A stretch of DNA of 64,000 nucleotides, taken from assembly GCF_016026235.1 (NCBI RefSeq), contig NZ_CP065613.1; one strand, given 5' to 3'. A program made the translations under genes and the position numbers. The stretch comes from Escherichia coli. GTDB lineage: Bacteria; Pseudomonadota; Gammaproteobacteria; Enterobacterales; Enterobacteriaceae. The notes beneath the pieces were generated by a model, which was not told where the DNA came from, ran no database searches, and saw nothing but the letters and a program-made list of their open reading frames with translations. Position 1 is the stretch's first letter; every line of letters starts with the position of its first letter. Shown here one piece after another: positions 42,845 through 59,154 of the stretch.

Positions 42845-42945
42845 AACTTATACAGAGTTACACTTTCTTACATAACGCCTGCTAAATTATGAGTATTTTC
42901 TAAACCGCACCCATAATTTGCAGTCATTTTGAAAAGGAAGTCATT

Positions 42946-43602
42946 ATGTCGTTCTGGAAAGTTGCAGCAGCGCAATATGAGCCTCGTAAAACCTCACTCA
43001 CCGAACAGGTAGCTCATCATCTGGAGTTTGTGAGGGCCGCCGCCAGGCAACAATGTCAGCTGTTAGTTTTTCCATCGCTTTCTTTACTGGGGTGTGATTA
43101 TTCGCGACGTGCCCTTCCTGCCCCACCCGATCTCTCACTGTTAGACCCGCTTTGTTATGCCGCAACGACCTGGCGAATGGCCATCATAGCCGGCCTTCCC
43201 GTTGAATATAACGATCGCTTTATTCGTGGAATTGCGGTGTTCGCACCGTGGCGAAAAACGCCGGGGATCTACCATCAGAGTCATGGTGCATGTCTGGGCC
43301 GTCGTTCCAGAACCATCACGGTGGTCGATGAACAACCGCAAGGTATGGATATGGACCCGACCTGTTCACTGTTTACGACAGGGCAATGTCTGGGGGAACC
43401 CGACCTGCTGGCATCTACCCGCCGCTTACAATTTTTTTCACATCAGTACTCCATTGCCGTGCTGATGGCAAATGCCCGTGGTAACAGTGCACTATGGGAT
43501 GAACATGGTCGTCTCATCGTTCGCGCCGATCGTGGTTCATTATTGTTAGTCGGTCAGCGTTCATCACAGGGTTGGCAAGGCGATATCATTCCATTACGCT
43601 AG
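42946..43602 (+). CDS. yobB: carbon-nitrogen hydrolase family protein YobB
   Basis: 218-aa ORF recognised as YobB. Confidence 0.8.
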   Translation: MSFWKVAAAQYEPRKTSLTEQVAHHLEFVRAAARQQCQLLVFPSLSLLGCDYSRRALPAPPDLSLLDPLCYAATTWRMAIIAGLPVEYNDRFIRGIAVFAPWRKTPGIYHQSHGACLGRRSRTITVVDEQPQGMDMDPTCSLFTTGQCLGEPDLLASTRRLQFFSHQYSIAVLMANARGNSALWDEHGRLIVRADRGSLLLVGQRSSQGWQGDIIPLR

Positions 43603-43625
43603 GCTTTTTCGGCCTGGAGCATGCC

Positions 43626-46372
<2,747 letters not shown>

Positions 46373-46553
46373 TTATAAGGGTGGCAAAACTCACCGGGGA
46401 TGCAAGCGAAACAGGGCAGTCATTGCTTAGATGATGACAGGTAATGGCGCGAATATCGAATGTTATGCAGACCGAGAAAATCAGCCTGTTCAAATGGCTG
46501 TGCGGTTCTGGATAGCCCGAAATAGTCAACTTCAGGCTATCCAGAGAGCGGAA

Positions 46554-47213
46554 TTATTCCGCCAAAGTGCGTTTTTGCTGTTCGAGATCGCGTTCAATGC
46601 CTTCACGAACATCCTGGGGGATTTTCAGCGCGTCACCCAGTGCATTCAGGTAACTGCGTTCCATAAAATGGTCAATATCAATAGCCGCGCAGCTCAGGAA
46701 ATAGATTTCCAGCGCCTCTTCTTCATTGCGGACCCCGGTAGCCAGGCGTTGTGGATCCAGCGGTTGTTCGATTGCCTGCTCAATGAGTACCCGCCCCTGC
46801 TCTTCCACGCCGGCTTCACGCAATTGCTGGTCGATTGCCGCACGTTCTTTGGCATCAATATGACCATCACTTTTAGCGGCAAAGACCAGCGCAAGGATCA
46901 AACGTTCCGTACGCTCATCCAGCGGCGTACTCTGCACGCCAAACTGCGGTTCGTCCTGATGCGCCGCGCGAATTTTATCTTTGTATTTATTCCACAGCAC
47001 CGTACCCGCTACCGCTCCGCCGCCAACCAGCAACGCGTTGGTGCCATATTTCGTAAGAAGTTTACGTGCTGATTTATTTGCGACCAGCAGCCCAGCCAGT
47101 CCGCCTAATGCGCCCGGCACTAAAAGTTTGCCCAATCCCTGATCCGCAGACGAGGAGGTAGAAGAACTGCTTTGCCCAAGCAAGGATTGCAGTTGATTTA
47201 ACCAGTTAGCCAT
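46554..47213 (-). CDS. yebE: DUF533 inner membrane protein YebE
   Basis: 219-aa ORF recognised as YebE. Confidence 0.8.
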   Translation of the reverse strand: MANWLNQLQSLLGQSSSSTSSSADQGLGKLLVPGALGGLAGLLVANKSARKLLTKYGTNALLVGGGAVAGTVLWNKYKDKIRAAHQDEPQFGVQSTPLDERTERLILALVFAAKSDGHIDAKERAAIDQQLREAGVEEQGRVLIEQAIEQPLDPQRLATGVRNEEEALEIYFLSCAAIDIDHFMERSYLNALGDALKIPQDVREGIERDLEQQKRTLAE

Positions 47214-47537
47214 ATTTGCTCCTCAATAACCATTTTTAGTGCCTGTAGCATAGCGGATGAGGATGTCAGAAAATGTATATCGAGACAAAAGATGCGCAAA
47301 TAAGCGGGGCGGTTGGCCGTTATTCAAAGAAATTCGCGCCAGGTAAGGTGTTTACTGTATATCAGGAGATAAGGGTAGTTTAGGTGAAAGTAGTTTGACG
47401 TTTTGAGTGGCACTGTATGATGCTGATTGTCCGATGCTACGCTGTTGCGTCTTCTCAGGCCTACGATTGTGGTGTGTTGTGGCGGACAAGGCACTCGCGC
47501 CGCATCCGCCAACGGTCAATCGAATTATCAGAAGCCA

Positions 47538-47942
<405 letters not shown>

Positions 47943-47960
47943 TCAGGAGCGCAAGTTGCT

Positions 47961-48251
47961 TCAGGCCGCGTGTGAGGCATCTTCCTCTTCGGATTCAGCA
48001 CCGACGACCTGTGGGGACGGTAATTTGCCGGTTTTCAGAATGGTGCTCAGCACATCTTTTTGTTCTGCCAGCCATAGCGAAAGGGCTTCACGTTGCTCGT
48101 CTTCCATTTGCACTGGAGAATTTGTCAGCCAGGTGTCAAGCAGATCCGCCGTATCAAGCATTTTGTCATAAGCATCGGCTTCCTTTTTGCTGGTAAACGA
48201 CATTTTCTCTTCGCCCTCACGAATGACTACGTATTTAACTTCAACCGCCAT
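47961..48251 (-). CDS. yebG: SOS-inducible protein YebG
   Basis: 96-aa ORF recognised as YebG. Confidence 0.85.
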   Translation of the reverse strand: MAVEVKYVVIREGEEKMSFTSKKEADAYDKMLDTADLLDTWLTNSPVQMEDEQREALSLWLAEQKDVLSTILKTGKLPSPQVVGAESEEEDASHAA

Positions 48252-48268
48252 TTGCAGCCTCTCATAAT

Positions 48269-48288
48269 AACTGAGATTTTATACAGTA
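48269..48288. promoter_or_regulatory. LexA box upstream of yebG
   Basis: aaCTGagattttataCAGta fits CTG-N10-CAG consensus 18 bp upstream of the yebG start. Confidence 0.6.
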
Positions 48289-48384
48289 TATTTCTTTTCG
48301 GTTGAGAAATCAACACCAGCAATAAAGACACACGCAAACGTTTTCGTTTATACTGCGCGCGGAATTAATCAGGGGATATTCGTT

Positions 48385-49563
48385 ATGACGTTATTAGGCA
48401 CTGCGCTGCGTCCGGCAGCAACTCGCGTGATGTTATTAGGCTCCGGTGAACTGGGTAAAGAAGTGGCAATCGAGTGTCAGCGTCTCGGCGTAGAGGTGAT
48501 TGCCGTCGATCGCTATGCCGACGCACCAGCCATGCATGTCGCGCATCGCTCCCATGTCATTAATATGCTTGATGGTGATGCATTACGCCGTGTGGTTGAA
48601 CTGGAAAAACCACATTATATCGTGCCGGAGATCGAAGCTATTGCCACCGATATGCTGATCCAACTTGAAGAGGAAGGACTGAATGTTGTCCCCTGCGCTC
48701 GCGCAACGAAATTAACGATGAATCGCGAGGGTATCCGTCGCCTGGCGGCAGAAGAGCTGCAGCTGCCCACTTCCACTTATCGTTTTGCCGATAGCGAAAG
48801 CCTTTTCCGCGAGGCGGTTGCCGCCATTGGCTATCCCTGCATTGTAAAACCGGTGATGAGCTCTTCCGGCAAGGGGCAGACGTTTATTCGCTCTGCAGAG
48901 CAACTTGCTCAGGCATGGGAATACGCTCAGCAAGGCGGTCGCGCCGGAGCGGGCCGCGTAATTGTTGAAGGCGTCGTTAAGTTTGACTTCGAAATTACCC
49001 TGCTAACCGTCAGCGCGGTGGATGGCGTCCATTTCTGTGCACCAGTAGGTCATCGCCAGGAAGATGGCGACTACCGTGAATCCTGGCAACCACAGCAAAT
49101 GAGCCCGCTTGCCCTTGAACGTGCGCAGGAGATTGCCCGTAAAGTGGTGCTGGCACTGGGCGGTTATGGTCTGTTTGGTGTCGAGCTGTTTGTCTGTGGT
49201 GATGAGGTGATTTTCAGTGAGGTCTCCCCTCGTCCACATGATACCGGGATGGTGACGTTAATTTCTCAAGATCTCTCAGAGTTTGCCCTGCATGTACGTG
49301 CCTTCCTTGGACTTCCGGTTGGCGGGATCCGTCAGTATGGTCCTGCAGCTTCTGCCGTTATTCTGCCACAACTGACCAGTCAGAATGTCACGTTTGATAA
49401 TGTGCAGAATGCCGTAGGCGCAGATTTGCAGATTCGTTTATTTGGTAAGCCGGAAATTGATGGCAGCCGTCGTCTGGGGGTGGCACTGGCTACTGCAGAG
49501 AGTGTTGTTGACGCCATTGAACGCGCGAAGCACGCCGCCGGACAGGTAAAAGTACAGGGTTAA
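48385..49563 (+). CDS. purT: formate-dependent phosphoribosylglycinamide formyltransferase 2
   Basis: 392-aa ATP-grasp ORF recognised as PurT. Confidence 0.9.
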   Translation: MTLLGTALRPAATRVMLLGSGELGKEVAIECQRLGVEVIAVDRYADAPAMHVAHRSHVINMLDGDALRRVVELEKPHYIVPEIEAIATDMLIQLEEEGLNVVPCARATKLTMNREGIRRLAAEELQLPTSTYRFADSESLFREAVAAIGYPCIVKPVMSSSGKGQTFIRSAEQLAQAWEYAQQGGRAGAGRVIVEGVVKFDFEITLLTVSAVDGVHFCAPVGHRQEDGDYRESWQPQQMSPLALERAQEIARKVVLALGGYGLFGVELFVCGDEVIFSEVSPRPHDTGMVTLISQDLSEFALHVRAFLGLPVGGIRQYGPAASAVILPQLTSQNVTFDNVQNAVGADLQIRLFGKPEIDGSRRLGVALATAESVVDAIERAKHAAGQVKVQG

Positions 49564-49588
49564 ACCCGGCAAAAAAACGCTACAAAAA

Positions 49589-49614
49589 TGCCCGATCCTC
49601 GATCGGGCATTTTG
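49589..49614. terminator. bidirectional terminator between purT and eda
   Basis: aaatgcccgatcctcgatcgggcatttt hairpin. Confidence 0.55.
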
Positions 49615-49618
49615 ACTT

Positions 49619-50260
49619 TTACAGCTTAGCGCCTTCTACAGCTTCACGCGCCAGCTTAGTAATGCGGTCGTAATCGCCCGCTTCCAGCGCATCTGCCGGA
49701 ACCAGCCAGGAACCACCGATGCACAGCACGCTTTTCAGCGCCAGGTAGTCACGGTAGTTAGCCGGAGAAATACCACCCGTCGGGCAGAAACGGACCTGGG
49801 AGAACGGACCCGCGATCGCCTGCAGGGCTTTCACGCCGCCGTTAGCTTCAGCCGGGAAGAATTTGAACTCTTTCAAACCGTAGTCCATACCCAGCATCAG
49901 TTCGGAAACAGTGCTGATCCCCGGAATCAGAGGAATAGTCCCTTCGGTAGCAGCTTTCAGCAGCGGCTCGGTCAGACCCGGGCTAATTGCGAACTGTGCA
50001 CCCGCTTCAGTGACTTCTGCCAGCTGCTGTGGATTCAGCACCGTACCGGCACCCACAATCGCTTCAGGCACTTCTTTGGCGATAGCACGGATAGCGTCAA
50101 CTGCACACTCGGTACGCAGAGTCACTTCCAGAACGCGCACCCCACCAGCAACCAACGCTTTTGCCATCGGCACCGCGTGTTCCAGTTTTTTTACCACGAT
50201 AACCGGTACAACCGGGCCGGTGGTCAGGATTGATTCTGCACTTGTTTTCCAGTTTTTCAT
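49619..50260 (-). CDS. eda: KHG/KDPG aldolase
   Basis: 213-aa ORF recognised as Eda. Confidence 0.9.
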
Positions 50261-50296
50261 CAGAGTTTTCTCTCGCCTGATTACAAATTTGTCGTC

Positions 50297-52108
50297 TTAA
50301 AAAGTGATACAGGTTGCGCCCTGTTCGGCACCGGACAGTTTTTCACGCAAGGCGCTGAATAATTCACGTCCTGTTCCCACGCGTGACGCGCTCAGGTCAG
50401 GAATGTGCGGTTCGCGAGCAGCCAGTTCCGCTTCGTCTACCAGCAGCGTCAGTTCGCCTGTCTGTCCATTCACACGAATGATGTCCCCGTCGCGCACTTT
50501 TGCCAGCAGCCCGCCATCGTAGGCTTCTGGTGTTACGTGGATAGCTGACGGCACTTTACCTGAAGCGCCGGAGAGTCGTCCATCGGTAACTAACGCAATT
50601 TTGAAACACCGGTCCAATAATACACCAAGTGGCGGCATGAGTTTATGTAATTCTGGCATTCCGTTCGCTTTTGGCCCCTGATGACGGACAACAACGACAC
50701 AATCGCGGTCCAGCAAACCCGCTTCAAAGGCCGGCATAACGTCATGCTGGCTTTCAAAAACAACCGCTGGCGCTTCAATCACCTGGTTCTCAACCGGCAC
50801 GGCAGAGGTTTTCATAACCGCACGGCCCAGGTTACCGCTTAACACTTTTGTCCCACCATGATGAGAGAAAGGTTGTTCGAAGGAAGCGATCACATTGCTG
50901 TCGAGTGATTTTTCCGCCCCTTCCCGCCAGTCCAGTTCACCATTATTCAGCCATGGTTCAAGGGTATAACGAGACAGACCAAAGCCTGCCACCGTATTGA
51001 CATCTTCATGCAGCAGGCCTGCTTTGAGCAGTTCACGCACCAGAATCGGTACGCCACCTGCCGCCTGGAAGTGGTTAATATCGGCCGGACCGTTCGGGTA
51101 GAGACGTGCCATCAGCGGTACAACATCAGAAAGGTCAGAGAAGTCATCCCAGTTAATCTGAATACCGGCCGCGCGCGCCATCGCCACCAGGTGCATGGTG
51201 TGGTTAGTGGAACCACCGGTCGCCAGCAGTGCAACGATACCGTTCACCACCACTTTCTCATCGATCATCTTACCGATCGGCATCCATTCATTACCATTAC
51301 CGGTCATGCGTGTAACCTGACGCGCAGCGGCAGCGGTCAAAGCATCGCGCAGCGGAGAATCCGGATGAACAAAAGAAGAGCCTGGCAACTGCATCCCCAT
51401 AAACTCCACCACCATCTGGTTGGTGTTGGCAGTACCGTAGAAAGTACATGTTCCCGGCGCATGATAAGACGCGGCTTCTGACTCCAGTAAGGCCATGCGG
51501 TCCACTTTACCTTCGGCATAAAGCTGGCGAATACGCACTTTTTCTTTATTTGGCAAACCGCTTGCCATCGGTCCAGACGGCACAAACACCGCAGGCAAAT
51601 GACCAAACGACAGGGCTGCCATCGTCAGACCCGGGACAATCTTGTCGCACACCCCGAGGAACAGAGCACCATCAAACATGTTATGGGACAGCCCGACCGC
51701 CGCAGACATCGCTATCACTTCGCGGCTTAGCAGCGACAATTCCATTCCATCCTGCCCCTGGGTGACACCATCACACATCGCCGGAACACCGCCCGCAACC
51801 TGACCAACCGCATTCGCTTCATGCAGGGCTTTACGAATGATTTCTGGATAGTGTTCATAAGGCTGGTGAGCGGAGAGCATGTCGTTATAGGAGGTGATGA
51901 TGGCGATATTGTTACGCAACATGCTTTTCAAAGAGGCTTTGTCTTCTGGCTGGCAGGCAGCGAAACCGTGTGCCAGGTTACCGCATGCCAACTGCGAACG
52001 ATGAACGGTCGACGTTTTCGCTTGTTCTATCCGGGCGAGATAAGCAGAGCGAGTCTCGCGCGAACGTTCAATGATTCGATTTGTTACGCGTAACAATTGT
52101 GGATTCAT
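50297..52108 (-). CDS. edd: phosphogluconate dehydratase
   Basis: 603-aa ORF recognised as Edd. Confidence 0.9.
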   Translation of the reverse strand: MNPQLLRVTNRIIERSRETRSAYLARIEQAKTSTVHRSQLACGNLAHGFAACQPEDKASLKSMLRNNIAIITSYNDMLSAHQPYEHYPEIIRKALHEANAVGQVAGGVPAMCDGVTQGQDGMELSLLSREVIAMSAAVGLSHNMFDGALFLGVCDKIVPGLTMAALSFGHLPAVFVPSGPMASGLPNKEKVRIRQLYAEGKVDRMALLESEAASYHAPGTCTFYGTANTNQMVVEFMGMQLPGSSFVHPDSPLRDALTAAAARQVTRMTGNGNEWMPIGKMIDEKVVVNGIVALLATGGSTNHTMHLVAMARAAGIQINWDDFSDLSDVVPLMARLYPNGPADINHFQAAGGVPILVRELLKAGLLHEDVNTVAGFGLSRYTLEPWLNNGELDWREGAEKSLDSNVIASFEQPFSHHGGTKVLSGNLGRAVMKTSAVPVENQVIEAPAVVFESQHDVMPAFEAGLLDRDCVVVVRHQGPKANGMPELHKLMPPLGVLLDRCFKIALVTDGRLSGASGKVPSAIHVTPEAYDGGLLAKVRDGDIIRVNGQTGELTLLVDEAELAAREPHIPDLSASRVGTGRELFSALREKLSGAEQGATCITF

Positions 52109-52230
52109 AAAGGCTCCTGAAATTGAGTTGTCAGAGCAGGATGATTCACAACGCGTTTCATTCAGAGGATTTATGAGTGAAACGCCTGTAACCGGAGCTC
52201 ATAGGGCAAAAACGTTTCAGTCAGTGTAAT

Positions 52231-52264
52231 AAAAAAAGCCTCGTGGGTGAATCCGCACGAGGCC
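52231..52264 (-). terminator. rho-independent terminator downstream of zwf
   Basis: gcctcgtgcggattcacccacgaggc hairpin followed by T-run on minus strand. Confidence 0.5.
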
Positions 52265-52342
52265 TGAAAGTGTAAAAATTGTTCTACAATCTGTGCAAGA
52301 TCATGTTACCGGTAAAATAACCATAAAGGATAAGCGCAGATA

Positions 52343-53818
52343 TTACTCAAACTCATTCCAGGAACGACCATCACGGGTAATCATCGCCACCGAGGCAACG
52401 GGTCCCCAGGTTCCGGCCTGATACGGTTTCGGCGCATCATTGTCCATCGCCCACGCCTCAGTAATGGAGTCTACCCATTTCCAGGCTTCTTCCACTTCGT
52501 CGCGACGTACAAACAGTGCCTGAATACCACGCATGGTTTCCAGCAGCAAACGTTCATAGGCATCCGCCAGATGCGTCTGATTAAAGGTTTCTGAATAGCT
52601 CAGATCCAGCTTGGTGATTTGCAGGTTATGTTTGTGGTCAAGGCCAGGAACTTTATTCAGTACCTGGATATCCACGCCTTCATCAGGTTGCAGACGGATA
52701 GTCAGTTTATTCTGCGGCAGATCCTGCCACGACTCTTTAAACAGATTCAGTTCAGGTGTTTTGAAATAGACCACGACTTCAGAACATTTGGTCGGCAGAC
52801 GTTTACCAGTACGCAGGTAGAATGGCACACCGGCCCAGCGCCAGTTATCAATGTCGACGCGGATCGCCACGAAGGTTTCTGTATTGCTGCTCTTGTTCGC
52901 GCCCTCTTCTTCCAGATATCCCGGCACTTTTTTGCCCTGGACGAAGCCCGCAGTATATTGCCCGCGTACGGTTTTTTCGCGTACGTTGGAGCGGTCGATG
53001 CGGCGCAGAGACTTCAGTACTTTCACTTTTTCATCGCGGATGCTGTCTGCGCTCAGGTCAGACGGCGGAGACATCGCAATCATGCAAAGAATTTGCAGCA
53101 GGTGGTTCTGGATCATGTCGCGCATCTGACCGGCTTTATCAAAATAGCCCCAGCGCCCTTCGATCCCCACTTCTTCTGCCACGGTAATCTCAACATGATC
53201 AATGGTGCGATTGTCCCAGTTATTCACAAACAGGGAGTTAGCAAAACGCAGCGCCAACAGGTTCAGCACCGTTTCTTTACCAAGATAGTGGTCGATACGG
53301 TAAACCTGGCACTCCTCGAAGTATTCGCCAACCTGATCATTGATTTCCTGCGAGGTCGCCAGCGACGTCCCCAGCGGTTTCTCCATGACTACGCGTGCCG
53401 GTTTAGCATTCAGTTTTGCCTCGCCAAGCCCTTTGCAAATTGCGCCAAAAGTGCTGGGCGGCATGGCAAAGTAGTTAATGGTGATACGATTTTTTTGATC
53501 CAGCATCGCGCCGAGACGGTTGAATGCAGCAGTGTCATTGACATCGAGATTACAAAAATCCAGACGTGCACTCAGGGTGTCCCATAAACCTTCATCAATG
53601 GTTTCTTTCATGAAAGTTTCGAGCGCCTCGCGGACAACTTTGGTATATGCCGCTTTATCCCAGTCAGCACGCCCTACGCCAATAATCCGGGTGTCCGGGT
53701 TGAGCTGACCGGCTTTTTCCAGTTGATACAGGGAAGGCAGCAATTTACGACGCGCAAGGTCGCCTTTCGCGCCGAAAATGACCAGGTCACAGGCCTGGGC
53801 TGTTTGCGTTACCGCCAT
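52343..53818 (-). CDS. zwf: glucose-6-phosphate 1-dehydrogenase
   Basis: 491-aa ORF recognised as Zwf. Confidence 0.9.
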   Translation of the reverse strand: MAVTQTAQACDLVIFGAKGDLARRKLLPSLYQLEKAGQLNPDTRIIGVGRADWDKAAYTKVVREALETFMKETIDEGLWDTLSARLDFCNLDVNDTAAFNRLGAMLDQKNRITINYFAMPPSTFGAICKGLGEAKLNAKPARVVMEKPLGTSLATSQEINDQVGEYFEECQVYRIDHYLGKETVLNLLALRFANSLFVNNWDNRTIDHVEITVAEEVGIEGRWGYFDKAGQMRDMIQNHLLQILCMIAMSPPSDLSADSIRDEKVKVLKSLRRIDRSNVREKTVRGQYTAGFVQGKKVPGYLEEEGANKSSNTETFVAIRVDIDNWRWAGVPFYLRTGKRLPTKCSEVVVYFKTPELNLFKESWQDLPQNKLTIRLQPDEGVDIQVLNKVPGLDHKHNLQITKLDLSYSETFNQTHLADAYERLLLETMRGIQALFVRRDEVEEAWKWVDSITEAWAMDNDAPKPYQAGTWGPVASVAMITRDGRSWNEFE

Positions 53819-54155
53819 GTCATTCTCCTTAAGTTAACTAACCCGGTACTTAAGCCAGGGTATACTTGTAATTTTCTTACGGTGCACTGTACTGCTTTTA
53901 CGAGCTTGCGAAAACTGTAAACGCTTATCCACCCGTGCGATTACGGTAAAAGCGCGCAAAGTGCGGCAAAACTGATAAAAAAATCATCGTTTTCCATTGG
54001 GTAAAAATCTGACACTGATCATGTTATGAAAAAAAATAACAACTTTTTTATCTGCTTTTGTCATTAACACAGCACACAGGCGTAATATCTGACAAAACTG
54101 CATTTCGATTTCTTTCAGTGCGGAAATCGTCATTACCCGTGAGTCTCTTTACATC

Positions 54156-55025
54156 ATGAATATGCTGGAAAAAATCCAGTCTCAGCTGGAACATTTGAGC
54201 AAATCGGAGCGCAAAGTTGCCGAGGTCATTCTGGCTTCGCCCGATAACGCGATCCATTCGAGTATTGCTGCTCTGGCGCTGGAAGCCAATGTTAGCGAAC
54301 CGACGGTGAATCGTTTCTGTCGCAGCATGGACACGCGCGGTTTTCCTGATTTTAAACTTCATCTGGCACAAAGTCTGGCGAATGGCACTCCCTATGTTAA
54401 TCGCAACGTCAATGAAGATGACAGCGTTGAATCATACACGGGGAAAATATTTGAGTCCGCAATGGCAACGCTCGATCATGTCCGTCATTCACTGGATAAA
54501 TCTGCCATCAACCGCGCCGTCGACTTGCTCACTCAGGCAAAAAAAATCGCCTTTTTCGGATTAGGCTCTTCAGCCGCCGTTGCCCACGATGCGATGAATA
54601 AGTTCTTTCGTTTTAATGTTCCGGTGGTGTACTCCGATGATATCGTGCTGCAACGCATGAGTTGTATGAATTGTAGCGACGGAGACGTGGTGGTGCTGAT
54701 TTCTCACACTGGAAGAACAAAAAATCTGGTCGAGCTGGCGCAGCTGGCACGCGAAAACGACGCCATGGTGATTGCCCTCACCTCTGCGGGTACCCCGCTC
54801 GCCCGGGAAGCAACGCTGGCAATTACCCTCGACGTACCGGAAGATACTGACATTTATATGCCCATGGTTTCTCGACTTGCACAGCTGACCGTGATAGATG
54901 TGCTGGCGACAGGATTTACTTTGCGACGCGGTGCAAAATTCAGAGATAACTTGAAGCGGGTCAAAGAAGCGCTGAAGGAATCGCGTTTTGATAAGCAGTT
55001 ACTTAATTTAAGTGACGATCGCTAA
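54156..55025 (+). CDS. hexR: RpiR-family transcriptional regulator HexR (YebK)
   Basis: 289-aa ORF with HTH and SIS domain recognised as HexR. Confidence 0.85.
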
Positions 55026-55152
55026 AAGCGACTGTCACTGTTCTAATCTTATACGACATCCGAATGAGATTAATTTATCGCCATCGCGGCGTTATTTCAT
55101 TCGGATTTCATGTTCAAGCAACACCTGGTTGTTTCAGTCAACGGAGTATTAC

Positions 55153-56595
55153 ATGTCCAGAAGGCTTCGCAGAACAAAAATCGTTACCACGTTAGGCCCA
55201 GCAACAGATCGCGATAATAATCTTGAAAAAGTTATCGCGGCGGGTGCCAACGTTGTACGTATGAACTTTTCTCACGGCTCGCCTGAAGATCACAAAATGC
55301 GCGCGGATAAAGTTCGTGAGATTGCCGCAAAACTGGGGCGTCATGTGGCTATTCTGGGTGACCTCCAGGGGCCCAAAATCCGTGTATCCACCTTTAAAGA
55401 AGGCAAAGTTTTCCTCAATATTGGGGATAAATTCCTGCTCGACGCCAACCTGGGTAAAGGTGAAGGCGACAAAGAAAAAGTCGGTATCGACTACAAAGGC
55501 CTGCCTGCTGACGTCGTGCCTGGTGACATCCTGCTGCTGGACGATGGTCGCGTCCAGTTAAAAGTACTGGAAGTTCAGGGCATGAAAGTGTTCACCGAAG
55601 TCACCGTCGGTGGTCCCCTCTCCAACAATAAAGGTATCAACAAACTTGGCGGCGGTTTGTCGGCTGAAGCGCTGACCGAAAAAGACAAAGCAGACATTAA
55701 GACTGCGGCGTTGATTGGCGTAGATTACCTGGCTGTCTCCTTCCCACGCTGTGGCGAAGATCTGAACTATGCCCGTCGCCTGGCACGCGATGCAGGATGT
55801 GATGCGAAAATTGTTGCCAAGGTTGAACGTGCGGAAGCCGTTTGCAGCCAGGATGCAATGGATGACATCATCCTCGCCTCTGACGTGGTAATGGTTGCAC
55901 GTGGCGACCTCGGTGTGGAAATTGGCGACCCGGAACTGGTCGGCATTCAGAAAGCGTTGATCCGTCGTGCGCGTCAGCTTAACCGCGCGGTAATCACGGC
56001 GACCCAGATGATGGAGTCAATGATTACTAACCCGATGCCGACGCGTGCAGAAGTCATGGACGTAGCAAACGCCGTTCTGGATGGTACTGACGCTGTGATG
56101 CTGTCTGCAGAAACTGCCGCTGGGCAGTATCCGTCAGAAACTGTTGCAGCCATGGCGCGCGTTTGCCTGGGTGCGGAAAAAATCCCGAGCATCAACGTTT
56201 CTAAACACCGTCTGGACGTTCAGTTCGACAATGTGGAAGAAGCTATTGCCATGTCAGCAATGTACGCAGCTAACCACCTGAAAGGCGTTACGGCGATCAT
56301 TACCATGACCGAATCGGGTCGTACCGCGCTGATGACCTCCCGTATCAGCTCTGGTCTACCAATTTTCGCCATGTCGCGCCATGAACGTACGCTGAACCTG
56401 ACTGCTCTCTATCGTGGCGTTACGCCGGTGCACTTTGATAGCGCTAATGACGGCGTAGCAGCTGCCAGCGAAGCAGTTAATCTGCTGCGCGATAAAGGTT
56501 ACTTGATGTCTGGTGACCTGGTGATTGTCACCCAGGGCGACGTGATGAGTACCGTGGGTTCTACTAATACCACGCGTATTTTAACGGTAGAGTAA
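55153..56595 (+). CDS. pykA: pyruvate kinase II
   Basis: Recognised as PykA; start taken at [19 protein letters not shown] inside the 527-aa track ORF. Confidence 0.9.
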
Positions 56596-56602
56596 GTACG
56601 TT

Positions 56603-56634
56603 GCCGGATGCGGCGAAAACGCCACATCCGGCCT
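56603..56634. repeat. REP-type palindromic element downstream of pykA
   Basis: gccggatgcggcgaaaacgccacatccggc. Confidence 0.6.
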
Positions 56635-56701
56635 ACAGTTCAATGATAGTTCAACAGATTTCGAATATTCTGAAGCAAACTTGAACTTATCATCAGGCGA
56701 A

Positions 56702-56727
56702 GGCCTCTCCTCGCGAGAGGCTTTTTT
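56702..56727 (+). terminator. terminator hairpin between pykA and lpxM
   Basis: ggcctctcctcgcgagaggc followed by T6. Confidence 0.55.
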
Positions 56728-57697
56728 ATTTGATGGGATAAAGATCTTTGCGCTTATACGGCTGGATTTCGCCCGGTTTGCGAGTTTTCAGCAATTTTAG
56801 TATCCAGGTGTATTGTTCTGGTCGCGGACCAACAAAAATCTCGACTTCTTCATTCATCCGCCGCGCAATCGTATGATCATCCGCCTCTAACAGATCATCC
56901 ATCGGTGGGCGCACCTGAATCGTCAGACGATGCGTCTTGCCATCATAAATCGGAAACAGCGGTACAACGCGCGCACGGCACACTTTCATCAAACGACCAA
57001 TCGCGGGCAACGTCGCTTTATAGGTGGCAAAGAAATCCACAAATTCGCTGTGCTCTGGGCCATGATCCTGATCGGGTAAATAATATCCCCAGTACCCCTG
57101 ACGTACCGACTGGATGAATGGTTTAATACCGTCATTTCTCGCATGCAGACGACCGCCAAAGCGACGACGCACCGTGTTCCAGACATAATCAAAAACCGGG
57201 TTGCCCTGATTATGGAACATCGCTGCCATTTTCTGCCCCTGCGAGGCCATCAGCATGGCAGGAATATCGACGGCCCAACCGTGCGGCACCAGAAAGATAA
57301 CTTTCTCGTTATTACGCCGCATCTCTTCGATGATCTCCAGCCCTTGCCAGTCAACGCGCGGCTGAATTTTCTCCGGCCCGCGTATTGCCAACTCAGCCAT
57401 CATTGCCATCGCTTGCGGCGCGGTGGCAAACATCTCATCAACAATCGCTTCGCGTTCAGCTTCACTACGTTCTGGAAAGCAGAGCGACAGATTGATTAAC
57501 GCACGACGGCGTGAGCTTTTTCCCAGTCGTCCGGCAAAACGTCCCAGCCGTGCCAGAATGGGATCACGGAACTTTGGCGGCGTTAAAGCGATACCCGCCA
57601 TCGCTGCTACGCCCAGCCATGCTCCCCAGTAGCGCGGGTGGCGAAAGGATTTATCAAACTCAGGAATGTATTCGCTATTATTTTTTTTCGTTTCCAT
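56726..57697 (-). CDS. lpxM: lipid A myristoyltransferase LpxM (MsbB)
   Basis: 323-aa ORF recognised as LpxM. Confidence 0.9.
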
Positions 57698-57816
57698 GCT
57701 TTTCCAGTTTCGGATAAGGCAAAAATCAATCTGGTGATAGTGTAGCGGCGCAACTTGCCCCGCACCAAATAAAAAAAGCCGGTACTGACTGCGTACCGGC
57801 TGCGAATGGATGTTAA

Positions 57817-59139
57817 TTAATCAAACCGTAGCTGCGGCACAATCTCTTTGGCCTGCGCCAGGAATTCGCGACGATCGGAGCCGGTCAGCCCTTCGGTACG
57901 CGGCAGTTTTGCCGTCAGCGGGTTTACGGCCTGCTGGTTTATCCATACTTCATAGTGCAGATGCGGCCCGGTTGAACGTCCGGTATTACCGGAAAGCGCG
58001 ATACGGTCGCCACGTTTCACCTTCTGTCCCGGTTTCACCAGAATCTTGCGCAAGTGCATATAACGCGTGGTGTAGCTGCGACCATGACGAATAGCCACAT
58101 AATAACCTGCTGCGCCACTGCGTTTGGCAACCACCACTTCACCGTCACCCACTGAAAGCACTGGCGTACCCTGCGGCATGGCGAAATCAACACCTCTGTG
58201 TGGTGCAACGCGACCGGTCACCGGATTAGTACGACGCGGGTTAAAGTTAGACGAGATACGGAACTGTTTCGCCGTCGGGAATCGCAAGAATCCTTTCGCC
58301 AGACCAGTACCGTTACGATCGTAGAATTTGCCATCTTCAGCGCGGATAGCGTAATAATCTTTACCTTCTGAACGCAAACGTACGCCCAGCAGCTGGCTTT
58401 GCTCACGTTTACCATCAAGCATTTCTCGAGACATTAATACCGCAAATTCATCGCCTTTTTTCAGTTTGCGGAAATCCATTTGCCACTGCATGGCTTTAAT
58501 CACTGCGCTCACTTCGGCGCTGGTCAAACCGGCGTTTCTGGCGCTGGCAACAAAGCTCCCCCCGACGGTACCTTTCAGCAGATTGTTAACCCACTCTCCT
58601 TGCTGCATTTCGCTGGTCATTTTAAAACCGTTAGCGGCAGTACGGTCATAGGTTCGGGTTTCACGACGAGACACTTCCCAGGTGAGGCGCTGCAGTTCGC
58701 CGTCCGCGGTTAATGTCCAGGAGAGTTGTTGACCGATTTTCAGGTTACGCAATTCTTTGTCGGCCGCAGCCAGTTGGGTGATATCACCCATATCAATACC
58801 ATACTGATTGAGAATGCTGCTTAGCGTATCGCCAGTGGAAACAACATATTCATGCACGCCCGCTTCACCGGCGATTTTGTCATCCAGTTCGTCCTGGGGA
58901 ATGGCTTCATCTTCTTGTGCAGCTTGATCAATCGGCTCACTGGCTTCAGGTAAGAGCGAACGAATTTCGTTCTGTTCCAGCTCAATGGTTTTGACAATTG
59001 GCGTGGCATCGCGGTGATAAACATAGGGCCGCCAGACAGCGACGGCCAGAGTAAGAACGGTGAGCGACCCCAACATAACGCGGTGTGGTCGCGGTAAATT
59101 ATTAAACGCCAGGGCGACAGAGCGGGCTATCTGTTGCAC
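57817..59139 (-). CDS. mepM: murein DD-endopeptidase MepM (YebA), LysM plus M23 peptidase
   Basis: 440-aa ORF recognised as YebA. Confidence 0.9.
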
Positions 59140-59154
59140 GTAATCACTTCCTCA

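Noticed and set aside
46431-47072. 213-aa plus-strand ORF
   Set aside because: Antisense within yebE.
52619-53587. 322-aa plus-strand ORF
   Set aside because: Entirely antisense within zwf; typical shadow ORF in a GC-rich gene.
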